DNA from: Dehalococcoidales bacterium
Lineage (GTDB): Bacteria > Chloroflexota > Dehalococcoidia > Dehalococcoidales > RBG-16-60-22
Assembly: GCA_002688435.1 (NCBI GenBank)
Contig: NZCW01000011.1
Location: 25,447 to 89,446, forward strand
DNA length: 64,000 nucleotides
Direction: 5' to 3'
Shown here: one piece after another, positions 61,255 through 64,000 of the stretch
Numbering within the stretch: the first letter of the stretch is position 1
How the letters are laid out: each line of letters begins with the position of its first letter
Position numbers and translations under genes: made by a program
The notes under the pieces: generated by a model
Seen by the model: the letters and a program-made list of their open reading frames with translations, nothing else
Databases searched by the model: none
What the model was told of the DNA's origin: nothing

Positions 61255-62928
61255 TTATTTCGCACGTTCAAAGTGTGACATATCAATTCCAGTGACAAAA
61301 TCAAGTACCGCGGGAATACCTTCCCGGTTGACTTTTAATGCTTCTTCCAGAGATGGTATTATATCAGATGGGTCTTCAATCCTTCTCCCAAAGCATTTAC
61401 AGTCTTCAGCGTACCTCACAAAGTCAGGTTGGACTTTGAATGACAGGCCCGCGTCCCAGCCCGCGTGTTCCATTTGAAGATGCTTCACCCAGCCAAGAGC
61501 GGAGTTATTCAGTACCACCCATGTGCATCCCACGTTATTTTGTGCTGCCGTTGGCAGCTCCTTCATAAACATTTGAAACGCCCCGTCACCGCAAATACAT
61601 ACTACCTTCTTCTCCGGCTTAGTTAGTTTAGCCGCAATTGCCCCAACTACGCCCATTCCCATGCACGTCTGCTCGGCAACTGGCACGCACTCTGAACCGT
61701 CCCGTACCTCGTAATACGGCCAACAGTATGACCAAGTATCCTGCGAGCCGTTCTCGCTGACTAGGATTGTGCTTGTTCCAAACACCTTACTCAACTCATA
61801 CACGATACGCTTTGCTGGAATTGGGGTAGCTTCGATATTGCACTCAGCCTGCACCTCTGTCTCGAACTCTCTCTTGTCTTCCATCAACCTCTTTACCTGT
61901 GGCATTTCTTGGAAATTTCCTCCAGAGCCTACCTTCTCCTTTATGGCTTCAACCAATTGCTGCAAGACAAGTTTAACATCGCCGACAATACCTACATTAG
62001 GTATCCAATTTCTTCCTATTTCAAATGGGGAGATGTCAACCTGGATGAATTTTGCACCTTCCGGAAAATCTGCCCACCCATGAGTTTGGAAACTCTCGTT
62101 TCTGGTCCCAATTGTCACCATTAAATCAGAGGTAGAGTACACCTTTTTCCCAACTTTAGTCCTGTAAATACCCACTTGTCCTAGAGCTAGGGGATGGTCT
62201 TCAGACAGAATCCCTCTTCCTCCAGGAGTTGTCATGAATGGCACACCCAATAATTCAACAAACTCTCTAAGCTCCCTCGATGCTTCAGATTGTACTGCCC
62301 CGTTGCCAGCTACTACTACTAGTCGCTTAGCTCCAAGAACCAAACCTGCTGCTTCATTAATCAGTTTCGGGTCGCCTGCCGTACGAATTTTACGTGACGG
62401 TACATATTCGGGCTGGCCAACGTCCACATATCCGTCAACCAGACCTCCTTCAACATCTTTAGGTAATTCGAGAAACACAGGGCCTGGCTGTCCATTCATC
62501 GCCACGTCAAATGCCCTGCGCACAAACCAGGGAATTCTCTCAGTATAAGGAATTCGAACACTCCATTTGGTTACTGGTTTCATCAGCCCTAGCATATCGC
62601 ATTCTTGAAACTCTCCCATTCCTTCCGTTTTTTGGGATGCAGATGGACATATCATTACTAGCGGGCTACAAGCATAGTATGCTTCTAATACAGCTGGAAC
62701 CAAGTTTGCCACGCCTGGCCCAGGGCTAGCGGAACATACCCCCGGCTTTCCGCTTAATCTTGAGTAAGCCATTGCCATAAAAGGTGCCGAACCCTCATAC
62801 CTGACATTGATTGAGGTTACTTGTGCCGGTTTTCGCGTGAACAACTGAAGAGAATTATCCCCTAGTCCAAATATGAACTTAATACCCTCAGACTCGACCA
62901 TTTTAATAATCGCTTCCCAGGAATTCAC
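61255..62928 (-). CDS. Thiamine diphosphate-dependent enzyme (acetolactate synthase-like)
   Basis: RYE..A.FMA..Y, GPG..N, FQE, PGPVFLELP.D, GDGAFQM..NN. Confidence 0.92.
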   Translation of the reverse strand: MNSWEAIIKMVESEGIKFIFGLGDNSLQLFTRKPAQVTSINVRYEGSAPFMAMAYSRLSGKPGVCSASPGPGVANLVPAVLEAYYACSPLVMICPSASQKTEGMGEFQECDMLGLMKPVTKWSVRIPYTERIPWFVRRAFDVAMNGQPGPVFLELPKDVEGGLVDGYVDVGQPEYVPSRKIRTAGDPKLINEAAGLVLGAKRLVVVAGNGAVQSEASRELREFVELLGVPFMTTPGGRGILSEDHPLALGQVGIYRTKVGKKVYSTSDLMVTIGTRNESFQTHGWADFPEGAKFIQVDISPFEIGRNWIPNVGIVGDVKLVLQQLVEAIKEKVGSGGNFQEMPQVKRLMEDKREFETEVQAECNIEATPIPAKRIVYELSKVFGTSTILVSENGSQDTWSYCWPYYEVRDGSECVPVAEQTCMGMGVVGAIAAKLTKPEKKVVCICGDGAFQMFMKELPTAAQNNVGCTWVVLNNSALGWVKHLQMEHAGWDAGLSFKVQPDFVRYAEDCKCFGRRIEDPSDIIPSLEEALKVNREGIPAVLDFVTGIDMSHFERAK

Positions 62929-63239
62929 TTTCGAGCGCCTCCTTCAGGGCTTCCAGCCCGTATGATTTTCAAACACCTTAATCTTGGTTTCGGCTTTTAT
63001 TTTTTTAGAGTAATAGTTTTGTTTTTCTGCAATTTTGGCTATAATATATCATCCATCCCAGTGCTGTCAAGTGTTAGTGGTGCAACCCAAGCAGGCTAAT
63101 AATAGAATGAGTCACTATCAAACAAAGCGGAGTTATTAGTATGAACAAAGTGAGGAGGAGCGGAAATATACTACGAGTTAACACATTACCAGAACTATAC
63201 CATTATCAACTGATTAAGTTATACTACTAGGAGATACCA

Positions 63240-64000
63240 ATGCCAAGACAGAAATCGACCCACAAAGCTCAGTCGATAAAAACGAAGAGCCTCTTGAGCG
63301 GCATCAGGGTTTTAGAGTGGACCGTGTATCAGCAAGGCCCTATTACTGGAGTGATGCTGGGAGACCTCGGGGCAGAGGTGATTAAGATAGAACAACCTAG
63401 AATTGGAGACCCGGGCCGCGCCGTGCGTGCTATCCGTGGTAAAAGCCTTCCTAAACTGGCAGGAGACCGTAATGCCTTTTTTGAGACCATGAATCGCAAC
63501 AAGAAAAGTATCACGGTAGATATGGCAAAGCAAAATGGGAAGGAAGTCATTTACAAGTTGGTGACAAAATCTGATATCTTCATAACAAACCTCCGAAAAA
63601 ATGTGGTTGGCAAGTCAGGCATGGGTTATGAGACCCTGTGTTATCATAATCCCTCTTTAATTTACGCGACAGGTAACGGGTTTGGTTTTGAGGGACACGA
63701 TGCTGATAAACCAGCTTTCGACCCTGTAGCGCAGGCCCGCTCGGGATTCATGTTTTCTGTTGGTGAGCCAAACATGCCGCCGCTGATTGGACCGTCCGGC
63801 CTTGCTGACCAGGCTGGAGGCAGTTTCCTAGCATACGGAATCCTAGCGGCACTTCTTCATCGAGAGCGTACCGGAGAAGGGCAAATGGTGACCTCTTCTC
63901 TTCTGAGTAGCATGCTCTGGCTACAAGACCTGGAGCTTTCCTATACGCTCCTCTATGGGCAAGAGTTCCAGGTCCCGCGAGTCGACAGACGAAAAGCACT
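63240..64000 (+). CDS. Class III CoA-transferase (CaiB/BaiF), 3'-partial; absent from the ORF track because it has no stop in the window
   Basis: AGGAG RBS; LSGIRVLEWTVYQQGP..LGDLGAEVIKIE, NRNKKSI, AFDPVAQARSG. Confidence 0.9.
   Translation, partial: MPRQKSTHKAQSIKTKSLLSGIRVLEWTVYQQGPITGVMLGDLGAEVIKIEQPRIGDPGRAVRAIRGKSLPKLAGDRNAFFETMNRNKKSITVDMAKQNGKEVIYKLVTKSDIFITNLRKNVVGKSGMGYETLCYHNPSLIYATGNGFGFEGHDADKPAFDPVAQARSGFMFSVGEPNMPPLIGPSGLADQAGGSFLAYGILAALLHRERTGEGQMVTSSLLSSMLWLQDLELSYTLLYGQEFQVPRVDRRKA

Overview
Gene-dense window from an anaerobic bacterium; gene content and protein style suggest an uncultured Dehalococcoidia (Chloroflexota), which is an inference. About 1-32 kb is visibly GC-richer. 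It holds the end of a Wood-Ljungdahl operon (acsC, acsE, DUF3786), a NuoEF/HydBC-type formate dehydrogenase complex whose FdhA has an in-frame UGA plus SECIS, a corrinoid protein/UroD-family methyltransferase pair, transketolase, a hydantoinase/oxoprolinase pair, an oxidative-stress cluster with mirror-image Crp/Fnr-type promoters, and many gene remnants. About 32.6-56 kb is an AT-richer catabolic block on either side of a GntR regulator: TRAP transporter, hydantoinase A/B, M29-like hydrolase, CoA-transferase and SDR on one side; LeuA-family enzyme, B12 acyl-CoA mutase, a hidden UGSC selenoprotein (UGA plus SECIS), an SdhAB-HdrB-like complex, Fe-ADH, 2-hydroxyacid dehydrogenase and epimerase on the other. 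Three of these enzymes have remodelled active-site motifs, making this block the best candidate for an undescribed Se- and B12-dependent pathway. The window ends with trxB, a tungsten AOR, Fe-ADH, a ThDP enzyme and a partial CoA-transferase. No rRNA, tRNA, CRISPR array or transposase was seen. All assignments come from motif recognition by eye; no database searches were run.
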